A DNA stretch of 63,973 nt, the filler included, from Vannella sp. (Eukaryota): the NCBI GenBank assembly GCA_023345925.1. It is 9 parts of 9 records of this genome, joined end to end, with 100 filler letters (N's around TTAATTAATTAA, not from the genome) between each part and the next. Parts side by side here need not be neighbours in the genome. Positions count along the whole stretch, not along the records: positions 25,285 to 32,925 come from JAJQQN010001426.1; positions 33,026 to 37,246 come from JAJQQN010000181.1; 7 more parts are not named here. One strand, 5' to 3'. Numbering within the stretch: position 1 is the first letter of the stretch; each line of letters begins with the position of its first letter. Below are positions 25,185-35,807 of this stretch, piece after piece. Below the pieces are notes generated by a model. The model was not told the origin of the DNA. It saw only the letters and a list, made by a program, of their open reading frames with translations, and searched no databases. Made by a program: the position numbers and the translations under genes.

Positions 25185-25696
25185 NNNNNNNNNNNNNNNN
25201 NNNNNNNNNNNNNNNNNNNNNNNNNNNNTTAATTAATTAANNNNNNNNNNNNNNNNNNNNNNNNNNNNNNNNNNNNNNNNNNNNCCCGAAGGTTGGTGTC
25301 GGTTTGAGGATTTGTGAGGTAAGGCCAAATAAGAGCGGCCGGTTACAGCTTCAAAGGAGAAGCCCAGCGACCCCTTTATCGAAAGCACTATGAAAGAAGG
25401 AGAGGGCTACTAACGAGGCCAATTGGTTGATCCTCTCTCCTGACAAAAGCTTGTTCAAGACAATTTCGCTCAGGGTGTCCTGGATTGTTTGCAAATAGTT
25501 TTCAAGCACCTGCCTCAGATGTTGACTGCCAGAAGACCTTTGATGACAGATTGACTTGGACCTGTTTTGAATAGTTTATTGCTTCCAAAGAGCCCCGATT
25601 TCAAGATGAAACGCACTGTCGAGTTGTCTGGTGGGAGATTGCGAACAATTGCAAATCCTAGTGACTTAAGTGAGCTGAAAAGTGAGAGAACGGCGA

Positions 25697-28087
25697 CTAA
25701 GAAGGCGCGTCAAGGTCTCGGAATGAGCTACCTTGGATCAAACTCGCTGCTCTTTTCCTCTTTCCTATAAGAGACTTTGGCTCTTCTCTACCGGAAGACT
25801 GCTCAAGCTGCTGGGAGGTGAGATGTGGAAACTCGCATGCGCTTCCTTTCGGGCAGGTTCCTTTCAAAAAGAGGAAACAGTGTTTTTTTGTTCGGACGCG
25901 TTTGGACATTTCGGACGACTTTCGCTTCGGTTTGCCTTTCACTTTTGGTTCTGGAGCTACTGGGAATGTATAAGGTATCCTGGAGGAATCACTTGGCCAC
26001 TGGGTGAGAAGGAAAGGAAGACGACGAGTGTCAGTTTCTCCTGAATTCTCGTGATATCGATACAAGTCATAAGAGCATGTGGAAGGAGCAGGTGGCTGGG
26101 GATCTACTGCAGCAACTGTCTTTTCGGTTTCTTCTTCAACAATAACTAGCTCATCATCAGAGTCTGAAGGGCTATCCGGTTCTGTTGGAGCAAGAGGAGC
26201 TTTGTCTATTGCTTGTAAAATTTGGACAGTGGGCTCTCCTACTCGATGTGAGAGGAGATAAGAGCCTTCTTGTAGTTGCGTGAGATGCTTAAGCATAGAA
26301 TATACAGTTCGCATAGCAGAGCTAGGATTGAACAGAGAGACACTTGGTGCGTTTAGAATTTTGGAGTAGTCCATTTCATCAACCCGACAGACTGACAAGG
26401 GAGGAAGTGGGTCACACCTGGATGCTAGTAGAAGCGACCCTGGTCTCAATAAACTGTAGATCCATCGACGTGCTGTCTCAGAAGGGCAAGTTAACTCCCA
26501 CTCCTGCTGCTGCATTCGGTATTCCATCTTTGTCTGGCACCCTACGAAGCGGTCTCCTTGAGGGACCTTAGTCACACCGAAAAGTGAACATCTCACTACA
26601 AGCTCCAAATCCCCCAGTTGCCAGAGGTTGTACGTGACGTTTCGGCCTGCTTTAAGTAGTCGGCGTTCCAAAGGTGCTCCGGAGCCTGGCGGAAAAGAAA
26701 ACCCGCCTTTTTCGTCACACGCTCGGTGAATGATTGCTTTTCGGAAGAACTTCTCATTCTTCTCTCTCGGTGTGATGGAGAGTTTCATGAGTGGCTTATC
26801 CAGAATCACTATTCGTTTGGACCCTTCCATTGTAACTACAATTGGGATCTCCCACTGGTCTGCTTCGGCTGGATTGCTGAGATTAGCAAGCATTTGGAAT
26901 GTGCTGGAGGTCAGGGCGAGATGAAAATTGCTCTGAGAAATGAGCTGCTTCAGCATCTCATCCGAGGACAGCTCCGGAAGGACACCCTTTTGAACTGGAG
27001 GCTCTTCTTGTATAATCAAGGGCAGAGAAGGCATTGATAATCGAGGAACAGTCCCAAGCTGCAAAAGAGTGCCCTTGTGCGTAAACAGGGGTATCTCACC
27101 AACCAGGGGGCGCTGAAAAGTACGATCACTGAGAAGATTATAATAACGAGGATATCGCTTGATGCGAGTTCGGCTCAACCCAATGAGCTTCTTCCAAAAG
27201 GACTCCACAGGGGGATCAATATGCATGTAGTGAAACCGGTGTTGCTGTGCTTCTTTCTCGAACCAGTCACGGTAATCAGCATTCTCCTGCTTTACTGTCT
27301 CTTCCATGGTGCGGAAAAGAGCCTCTTCCATCCGATTAAGACGGCGTTTGGCATTAGGATCGGTGAGTGCTTGGTCCTCTTGGAATTTGCGCCTGAATTC
27401 AAGGAAGAGAGTGTGTTGACTACCAGTAAGAAGGGATTTGCGAGGGTATCTGACTCGTAAGTAATCAATCGGGATCGTTTTCCGAGGGGCTTTGGTTTCC
27501 CCGAAAGGAATTCCGGCAGATTGGGTTTCCAGAGATTCGGAAGAGTCACTATCTTCATCAGATGATACCCCTATACCATTTCCAGATGGAATAGCGAATG
27601 GAATGGAAGCCAAGGTCTCGTATTCAATAGGGAAGGAAGTAGCAGTGGGCTGGGGCGATGGGTTCGGAGCTTCCTCCTCCTCTTCACTGGACGATGAGGA
27701 TTCACTTGAATCGAAATCAGAAGATTCTGGTGTTCTATCAATACTCTCAGCTACTGGGATAGAAGCTTCAGGAATGGCAGGTGCCTGCTCCACTAATCGA
27801 GCAGGATTTGGTGGAGTAGCACTCGGAAGAGGCGCTTGGAGATGACAGTTCTTCATCCAAAGCTTAGAGAATGCTACTTCATGCTGGTTTGTGCGATCCC
27901 ACACAGATCGAGTGAGAAAAGGACTGCCAACCGATCCGAGCCCCACTTCCAACGCGCCCTCTCTCGGCATGGCAAGAGGGAGAGGCCCAAAGAAGACACG
28001 CGCAGGCAAAGGCAAAACTGGAAGCCGACCATCAACAACCTCCACCTCAGGACAAAGCTCTTCCAACAGAGCCCGAACCTCCTCCAT
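25697..28087 (-). CDS. NARG2/ICE2-like protein with C-terminal CCCH zinc finger
   Basis: NVTYNLWQLGDLELVVRC and KMEY..E..SETARRW resemble NARG2_C. CFLFLKGTCPKGSACEFPH is a CCCH finger. Confidence 0.7.
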   Translation of the reverse strand: MEEVRALLEELCPEVEVVDGRLPVLPLPARVFFGPLPLAMPREGALEVGLGSVGSPFLTRSVWDRTNQHEVAFSKLWMKNCHLQAPLPSATPPNPARLVEQAPAIPEASIPVAESIDRTPESSDFDSSESSSSSEEEEEAPNPSPQPTATSFPIEYETLASIPFAIPSGNGIGVSSDEDSDSSESLETQSAGIPFGETKAPRKTIPIDYLRVRYPRKSLLTGSQHTLFLEFRRKFQEDQALTDPNAKRRLNRMEEALFRTMEETVKQENADYRDWFEKEAQQHRFHYMHIDPPVESFWKKLIGLSRTRIKRYPRYYNLLSDRTFQRPLVGEIPLFTHKGTLLQLGTVPRLSMPSLPLIIQEEPPVQKGVLPELSSDEMLKQLISQSNFHLALTSSTFQMLANLSNPAEADQWEIPIVVTMEGSKRIVILDKPLMKLSITPREKNEKFFRKAIIHRACDEKGGFSFPPGSGAPLERRLLKAGRNVTYNLWQLGDLELVVRCSLFGVTKVPQGDRFVGCQTKMEYRMQQQEWELTCPSETARRWIYSLLRPGSLLLASRCDPLPPLSVCRVDEMDYSKILNAPSVSLFNPSSAMRTVYSMLKHLTQLQEGSYLLSHRVGEPTVQILQAIDKAPLAPTEPDSPSDSDDELVIVEEETEKTVAAVDPQPPAPSTCSYDLYRYHENSGETDTRRLPFLLTQWPSDSSRIPYTFPVAPEPKVKGKPKRKSSEMSKRVRTKKHCFLFLKGTCPKGSACEFPHLTSQQLEQSSGREEPKSLIGKRKRAASLIQGSSFRDLDAPS

Positions 28088-28300
28088 CTGCCCGCCAAAG
28101 GGAAATGCACTTTATTCGCCCCATTCCCATCAAACTCGATTTCCCATTCAAAAGCAAATTTTCATTATTTTGTGTAATCACGAGGGCGGTTGGTCGAGGT
28201 CCGCTCTGGTTGGCTGGACGAGCGTAATGAAGGAAGCAGTTGGCCTTCTGGGCTAGATATAAGGCGAGAGAGGAGGTGGCGAGTCATTCTTTCGGTGTCT

Positions 28301-29931
28301 ATGTTCTTCGTGCCGGATCTGCTTCAAAGGAAAGGGCCTTGGGCTTTGGTGTGGTTGGCAGGGACGAACCCACGACGCACGCAGATGCGGCAGCTTCAAT
28401 CTGCTGATGTTTCTGCTATCTGGTAAGCTTTGAAACCTCCTGAAGCTCTTCTGCTCACTGATTGAGCAGTTATGCAATCACTCAATCTTCTGTGCCGCTC
28501 TCCCTTCGCTTGCACTCCTTCCTGATGAGTGGGATAGTGTACATCTACCACGCTCAGTGTGAAAGACTTCTCTCTGATACGGAAACTCGTATCAGAGAGC
28601 TTAATATTGACTTCCACGGTCCTCTTCCCGGCCGTTCCAAGACCAAGAAGACCAGGGCTCGAGTGGAGGACATTACTTTGGCTGTACCATCGGCTACTTT
28701 GGAGCAAGATCTCTTCTCGTGGACTGCATTTGACCTGGATATCGCCCCTCTTGACTTGTCTGGGCGCCTTCCTCTTCATCAAGCTGACCCTTCCGAGGTC
28801 ACTCTGCCTGCCTTGGAGCAATGGAATCTCCAATTCGATGTCGAAAGAGAAGACAGCTTCCACTACGATCTCGAGCCATTGCCATCATCCCCTTTTGCCC
28901 GCAACGACCCAAACGACACCTTCGACCAAGAACCGTCCCTTATTCTTCCTGATTCCTTCGACTATGAGGTACCTCCCTTTACAGATGTGTCTGTGTTGGT
29001 AGAAGAACCTTCTTTCGTTGGATTCCCTTCCATTGACGAGGAAATGCTGCTCGAAGACCAGGCATTCTTTGCAGAAACTCGTCCCATTGTTTCCAGACAT
29101 GTTCCAGCACCCACTGATCGAAGAATCAGTTTGACTGGAAGAGAAATCAGACAGGACATTGACACCTCCGACTATCTGACCACTCAAAGGCCCACACTTC
29201 CGGTTCCAGAGGCTCCCTCTGTACGAGAACTCTTCTACAACCCTTCGTTGCCTTTGTGTCACGAGCTGAAGGACATGTGGGACTATTTGGCCTTTCAGCT
29301 TCCACTGGACGACGCCGCGGACGAATGGAATGTTGACGAACCCATTCTAGAGCAATTGGTGGCCTCCTTTTCACCTCCTTTGCCTGTTGAAGAGGAGGAA
29401 GAAGTCGATTTTCCTCTTTCCTTGGCTGCTGAGCGCTTGCGAGAGGGTCTCCGGAAAGCTTCTGTGGCCAGCACTGGACCGGTTCGGGCAGACATGTCCC
29501 CAATTCTCTTTGAGAGCCCAATTGGTAGCCGGAATTCGGTGGCCAGAGGAAGTTCTCCACTGCCACAACGACGTGCCTCTTCCTTTCTCCCACAGACAAG
29601 TGACTTCCAAGAACCTTCTTTTTACGATGCTTCCGTGGACCTTCAAGACCTGGCGCTTGAGCCTTCTGTTTACTCTGTTTCCCGAGGATTGACTTCTTCT
29701 ATCACAGAAGACTCTGCTCGAATGCTGCAACAAGTCCAATCTCATTTGGACAGCTCCGGCGCGGCGGACTTTTCTGAGGTCACTTCGGGAATGGGCCGGC
29801 GAGCTGCTGCCAAGTCCTTCTTCCAGCTTTTGGTGCTTGGATCGACAAGCTATCTTGATCCCCTTCAGACAGAAGCTTACGGTCCGATCACCATTCGAGC
29901 AGGAGACACTCTTCTTCAAGAAGGTTTGTAA
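28301..29931 (+). CDS. Cohesin kleisin of the Rad21/Rec8 family (Rec8-like)
   Basis: N-terminal MFF..LL.RKGPWALVWLAG and LSLRLHSFLMSGIVYIY (intron ~28423-28469). C-terminal winged helix RRAAAKSFFQLLVL..QTEAYGPI. Confidence 0.92.
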
Positions 29932-30131
29932 GATTCAATTGCAAGAAAAACCACAAATACAAAAATTTGCCTTGCGACTTTTCCGATTTTTTTCCGAATC
30001 TGTGGACAACATTGATGATTGGTGGTTGTAACCAATCATCAAACACGAGATCAGGTCTTGAAGTGTCCTCCAGGCAATCCAGCGAGTTGCGTTGATTAGC
30101 CTAGGGGAAGTGACAGGCTTCATTTCCCCTT

Positions 30132-31169
30132 ATGCCCTTGGGAAGCTTCACGCTCCTCCTCTCGCACGAAGGGGGCCTTTACGCTTTTGGAGACAACAGC
30201 AAGGGCCAACTCGGTCTCGGTCACAAGAAATCTCAATGCCAGCCGGCGCTGGTCCCTTGGAATGGCCCGCAGCCGGTTCAGGTGGACTGGGGATGCGACC
30301 ACTCCCTTGTTCTTGATATGATGGGTGGTGTTTGGGATGCCGGTTGCTCTCGGCCCCGCGATTGCCGCTCCAGCTTCCATCAGGTTCCAGGACTACCTCC
30401 GATCACTTTGGTGGTCGCTGGCACCTATTACAGCGCCGCACTCGACACCAACGGCTGCCTTTGGGTGTGGACCGACCAAGATATCTGGATCTCTTGGGCA
30501 AGCAGTGCTCCCAAACGAGTGGAAGGTGTTCCTCCACTCATCAAGGCGGCTTGCGGAGAACAATTTATCGTGGCAGAGGCCGAGGAAGGCCTCTGGATCT
30601 TGAGACCCAATCCATGTGGACACCAAACCAACAACGTTCTTGAATCGCGCCTTGTTCAGGTGGAAGGCCGTGCCGAAGGACCTCTTCGATGCCTCGCTGC
30701 GTTTCGCAACGGAGTGATTCTCATTGACTCGCAAGGAGCCGTCTTCTCCTGCCCACTGGGGTGCTCTTCTGGAGAGGATTCAAGGTTTAGGCGAATGAGC
30801 AATATCCCTGCCATGATCCAGGCCTCCTGCGGACTAGATCATATTCTCTACCTGGATGAGAAGGGCAGTGTCTGGTCCTGGGGATGTGGTGGATATGGGC
30901 AATTGGGAAGGAGCCGTGGTTCCACTGATCTCGAACAACATCCGCATCCAGTACCTTCTTTAGAAGGAATAAGCGCCCTAGTTGCGGGAGGATTCCATTC
31001 TTTGGTATTCCCAGCGGAAGGTGGCCTGCTGGTCTTCGGATGGAACAGCTCTGGTCAACTCGGACTCAACCACAGGTACCAGAAAATCACTCCCACAGCT
31101 TGCCTCGTCCAGCCCGCTCTCCCCCATTCTTTCGATCGCAGCAGAATGAAGAGTGCCCGCTTCACTTAG
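30132..31169 (+). CDS. RCC1-repeat protein
   Basis: RCC1 motifs; clear paralogue of 7137-8127. Confidence 0.93.
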   Translation: MPLGSFTLLLSHEGGLYAFGDNSKGQLGLGHKKSQCQPALVPWNGPQPVQVDWGCDHSLVLDMMGGVWDAGCSRPRDCRSSFHQVPGLPPITLVVAGTYYSAALDTNGCLWVWTDQDIWISWASSAPKRVEGVPPLIKAACGEQFIVAEAEEGLWILRPNPCGHQTNNVLESRLVQVEGRAEGPLRCLAAFRNGVILIDSQGAVFSCPLGCSSGEDSRFRRMSNIPAMIQASCGLDHILYLDEKGSVWSWGCGGYGQLGRSRGSTDLEQHPHPVPSLEGISALVAGGFHSLVFPAEGGLLVFGWNSSGQLGLNHRYQKITPTACLVQPALPHSFDRSRMKSARFT

Positions 31170-31566
31170 TTCACTTCACCTCTTCGCTCATAAAGGCTTA
31201 CTATCACCTTGCAAGTTTCTCTGCAAACTAAAGGGGATGCAAGAGAAGCCTCCTGCTATTCTGAGGATGCCAGTAGCGTAACTGACTTGTCTTCCTTCTT
31301 GGGTTACGGGCAACACTGTTTTGCATGAGTAGGCAGGGGATAGCACTCAGCCTGAACGTACGCCTAGCTGGAGAGTGGTCCAACCGCGTGTCACCTTCCT
31401 GAACGCATTTTCTACTGGACTTTCAACGAGTTCGGTCGAGTCCCTTTGAGTGCAGTTGGAAGCGAGACGTGTCATTTATTTTTATTGGCAGGTTCAAGTA
31501 AGACTATTATCAACCACTGGATACATGTGGGCGTTGCAACCTCACTTAACAAACATTGCCAGTCAC

Positions 31567-32925
31567 TCAGAAAACAAATCCGTTTCCAGGGTCCTGGTTG
31601 ATGTCCTCTAGTGCATCCTCTTCGCTCCAGAAGAATCTCTCGATGATTTCAGAGGACTTTTTGAAGATGAGTTCGTTGACATGGGCTTGAAGCGACTCAA
31701 TCCGATCCAGTCCGCCTTCCCTTTCGACAATCTCGGCATACGGATTGATCTGATTGTTCTCTGGCTTGAGCAGCTCTCCATGCGATAGGATGTTACCGAA
31801 TCCCTCCAAGGAGATTGAAACGATGCGTTCATCCAGATTGCACACAAACTCACTAAGATACTTAATGCAATCTTTCTTCACCAACTCCGCCGTCTGCTTT
31901 GGGTTACAATTTGAGAGAGCGTTCGTCAAGGCCCAAATGACTTCTTTCCTAATGCCCTCATCAGCAAAATGCATCTGAAGGAAAAGAGAGTCGATCACTC
32001 CAGTGTCCAAAAGAGCCTGAACCATACTGAATTGCGAAGCAATGTTTGAAACTATCCAACATGCGACCTTTGTCAGCTTCTTGTGCGTATCATAGTTATC
32101 TAGTAGCTCCTTGAGGATTGGAAGGCATCCAGATGCGACAAACATTTCCGTGTGGGCTTCTGTCCCAGTCGAAAAAGTGCCTAAAATGCTTAGGCAGAGT
32201 GACTTCAAAGGAAAAGTGCCATTTCTAATGAGCCGCAGGAGGGACGCACAAATGCCAGTGTCGAGAATCACTCTCTGGATCTGTTCCTGGTCATACTCTC
32301 TAGTGACATCATCAATAGCCTTGCAGACATCTTCAAGAACCACTAGCTCCTCTACAGTTCTAAGAAAATGAACGAGAAGGGGAAGGGCGGGAAGGGTAAA
32401 GCCAAAGGAAGGGGTTGGAATCCCTTGGAACAACTTTGCCGTAGTTCGTGCCAATCCCGACTGGAGCACGAGCAGCTGATCCTTATTAGAAGCCAAAAAG
32501 ATCCTCTCATGCGTTCCAAGTTCTAGCAGTTGATCTCTGCAAGCGTGGGAGGCTCCAGCAATACTTGCAATAACTGAAAGACACTTTTCTTGCAACCCAA
32601 CAGAGAACTCTCCTCCAATCTTGCTTAGAAGCACCTCAACTACCTTCTGTGTCATAATGTATCAGCCAACCTTGAGTTATTCATCATTCTGACTCACATT
32701 TTGCAGCAAAAGCTGGATCTGTTCAAGTGAACCTTCCGCAACACTGGAAAGGCAGCCAGCCGCCTCCAACTGGATCATCGGGTCTGTATCTTCGAGTGAA
32801 TTGAGAAGTCCGTTGATGCCTCCGGCTTGAATCACCGCATCAATGGCGCTTTCATCGCCTGGGAGAGGTGAGAGGGCGAAAAAGACGGAAAGAACCACCT
32901 ACAGAGAAGCGTTCGTAGAGCTGTG
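31567..32925 (-). CDS. Importin alpha (ARM repeats), 5' partial
   Basis: ACWIVSNIA, RKEVIWALTNA, SLEGFGNIL and GGLDRIESLQAH motifs. Confidence 0.92.
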
Positions 32926-33025
32926 NNNNNNNNNNNNNNNNNNNNNNNNNNNNNNNNNNNNNNNNNNNNTTAATTAATTAANNNNNNNNNNNNNNNNNNN
33001 NNNNNNNNNNNNNNNNNNNNNNNNN

Positions 33026-35150
33026 GAAGGTTCCTCATGTGGTTCTCTCTCCCCTCTCTCGGCCGTTGGTGGGTGCTGTGGGCAAGGCCATGGTGGATTT
33101 TAAGCCTCCTGAATCAAGTGGCCAGTTTCTCGCGTTTTCTAAAGGCAGCTGCGTCACCCTGCTCTCAAGACCACCCGATGGATGGAACATTGGCTGCTCT
33201 CAAGACCACTATGGCCTGTTTCCAGAGGGCTTGGTCGAATTTGATGATGCCTACACATACGAAGACCTTGCTAAGGTAAGGGCTCCCATCTCCTAACGAG
33301 GAACAGAGAGAGCCCACTAATCTCCCTTGTTAGCGTCTTTCTGACCGGTCCGATGGCATGCCCTGGGCCGCAGCCCTTTTGATGATGATAGAAAGTAGTT
33401 CATCTTCCTCTGTTCTGGCAGAAGAGATCCTCTGGCCGTTAATCCAAGCACTTCGCCACTTCGAGGGAGCATTCTTCGACTTTATTGACCAGATTCTCCA
33501 AAGCGAGGTAGCAGAGTGTCCAGAAGAGAGTGTCCTGTTCCGTAAGGACTCTTTTACAAGCAAAATATTCGGTCGCTACTTCCGGGAGACGGCTGGAGAG
33601 TGGATTAGAGAGTTAATTTGCCCGTTAATTGCCTCTGCCACGGAAGAAGGCTTCTCTTTGGAGTTGGACCACTTTGCAGAAACGTGTGAGGAGAAGAGGG
33701 CTGAAAACCAAGCAGCCCTCCTTGGCCTTAGCGAGGACTTGCTCCGAAGAATTCAGGATAGTATTGACAGTGCTCCCCCAGGAGTGCGATACTACTTTTG
33801 GTTGATACGCACTCGAGTTATTGAGAGGTTTCCTGGTGCCTCTTTAAAGTCTGTGGGGGGCTTCCTCTTCCTGCGAGTGATTTGCCCGATTCTGGCTTCT
33901 GGATCTTACCATTGCCTGGGGAGCAGTGAAATTGTCACATCATCTCCTATGGGCCGAAGGAACTTGATTCTAACATCAAAGATCCTTCAGAACCTGGCCA
34001 ACGAGGTTCAGTTTGGAAAGAAAGAGTCTTTTATGATTCCTCTCAATTCATTAATTATCCCCCACAGGAAGCTCTGCTCCGAGATTCTCACACAACTCTC
34101 TTCATGGGAGGGTTCTCCGCCTATGGAAGAGAATGCCCGCCTTCATGAGATGGAGTTGAAGCAGCTAATGAAGTACATACACAGTTGGATGTGCAAGGAC
34201 GAGTACCGAGAGCAACTATTCCAACTCTTCCAACTTGATAGGATTTCCAACGAGACCATCGAAGACTTTCTGCGAGGAATCCTTCTAATCGGACCTCCTC
34301 TGCCTGATTCTATTCTGTTTCCTCCTGGGTATTTGGATTCCGCTACTCGCGAAGATACCTCGACTCCCAAGCCTCAAAAAGTGAAAAGAAACAAAGAAAA
34401 AGAACACCAGGAACGCCAAGAGCGCAAGAAGTTGCGAAAGGAACAAAAAGATCGAAAGGAAAAGAGGGAAGCTGAAAAGAGAGCCGCTCTTCCCTCAGGG
34501 AAACTCCAGATTGGTTCTTATCTTCATTGTCGTGTTGCAGACGCCCCTCACAAGGTATCCAAATCGCGCTACTTTGCGTTGTACTCTGGTTCGAGCGCCA
34601 TTTTCAAATTTGTTTCTTTTGACGATGCCCCTGGAAACCCTGTTGTGTCCATCCCTCTCTCTCCTTGTACCACTTCGGAGTTACTTCCTCATGGAGACAA
34701 AGGAGAGGCTTGGGAGTTCCTCATACGACCTAGCGAGGATGAAAAAGCGCTTTTATTCTCTAGCGACGATGAGGGCCTCGTCCGAAAGTGGCTCATGTTA
34801 TTGGACAATAGAACGCAAAGCCCAGGCGACTTACAGCAGAGCGAGCAGCTCCTAATCTCTCTCCATGAGAAAGCTGACAGGCTTCGTGAGGAGATTGCAG
34901 ATACCAAACAGCGTTTGAAGTTGTCTTATGACAACCCCGACTCAGCAGATTCCAAACGCTTGGAAGAGTTGATGATTGCCCTCCAATACCTCACTGCGTC
35001 CATCCAAATGATGGGTGAATAACCCATCCGTTGGAGAGGTACTCGTGACACCGAATTAAAGAGCCATTGGAAGAGCTACAAGATGAGTTTGTCCTCCATT
35101 GTTCATGGAGGAGATCTGTTCGTTCCGGCAGTTCCTTATCCTGGATTTGA
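33026..35150 (+). CDS. SH3-RasGAP-PH protein, 5' partial
   Basis: SH3 (AMVDF..LAFSKG..GW..GLFP), RasGAP (LFRKDS, GGFLFLRVICP, KILQNLAN) and a PH-like C-terminus. A probable last exon ends at TGA 35148-35150. Confidence 0.88.
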
Positions 35151-35254
35151 TTCGCTATCGCAAACTGGTACAACGAAAAGGTTAAGTGTCGTCACAACGT
35201 CCTCAATCTTCCTTTTTTAGGGGGAGCTCCAATGTCGCTCCGTTACTTCGAATT

Positions 35255-35332
35255 CTTTGGGTGCAGGAGGCCCAGGTTCGATTCCTGGCGTTTCCCTTCG
35301 TGGGGAAATGTAGTTCAGTGGGAGGATTCCTG
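35255..35332 (+). tRNA. Circularly permuted tRNA-Pro(UGG): 3' half 35255-35296, 5' half 35304-35332
   Basis: Rejoining GGAAATGTAGTTCAGTGGGAGGATTCCTG + CTTTGGGTGCAGGAGGCCCAGGTTCGATTCCTGGCGTTTCCC gives a full cloverleaf. Acceptor GGAAATG/CGTTTCC, D stem GTTC/GGAT, anticodon stem CCTGC/GCAGG with loop TTTGGGT, T stem CCAGG/CCTGG with loop TTCGATT, discriminator C73. Confidence 0.9.
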
Positions 35333-35807
35333 AATATTTGAGCTTCTCACCTCATCTCAACCGAGGTCGGACGGGAGTCCGAATGAGAAGTTTGTGCGGA
35401 TGACTCCGTCTCCCCTTTTACAAGGAGACAAGTAGTGCCAAGGTAGTGAGAACGTCTGACTTATCATGTAACCCTCCCTAAATGAAGGATGTCTGTTGCA
35501 AACGGCAACACGACCAACTTTGGCCTTTTCGAGGAGGTTCGTAATCTCTGTTGACCAGAAGGTCAGGGCTCACGGCTATTGCAGTCACCTGTTGCACGCT
35601 GCCACCATTAGCTTCGATACAAAGAGAAAGGTCACTCCATGACGGCCAGAGAACCAGTTTCCTCCTTTTGCCCGCTTGGGGAGTCCCTCTCAACAGAAGA
35701 GGCAAAGAATGGTCCAGAAGGGCTGCAAACTGAATGCAAAGGGTGATAAGGGAATGGAGCTAATGAATGATCATTTATAAACGGGAAGGAGCCGAAGGGG
35801 GCGGAAG

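Noticed and set aside
35221..35348. Ordinary, intron-containing or tandem tRNA genes explaining the tRNA halves
   Set aside because: No D-arm or acceptor 5' strand lies upstream of 35255 and no T-arm lies downstream of 35332. Only the permuted reading closes all stems.
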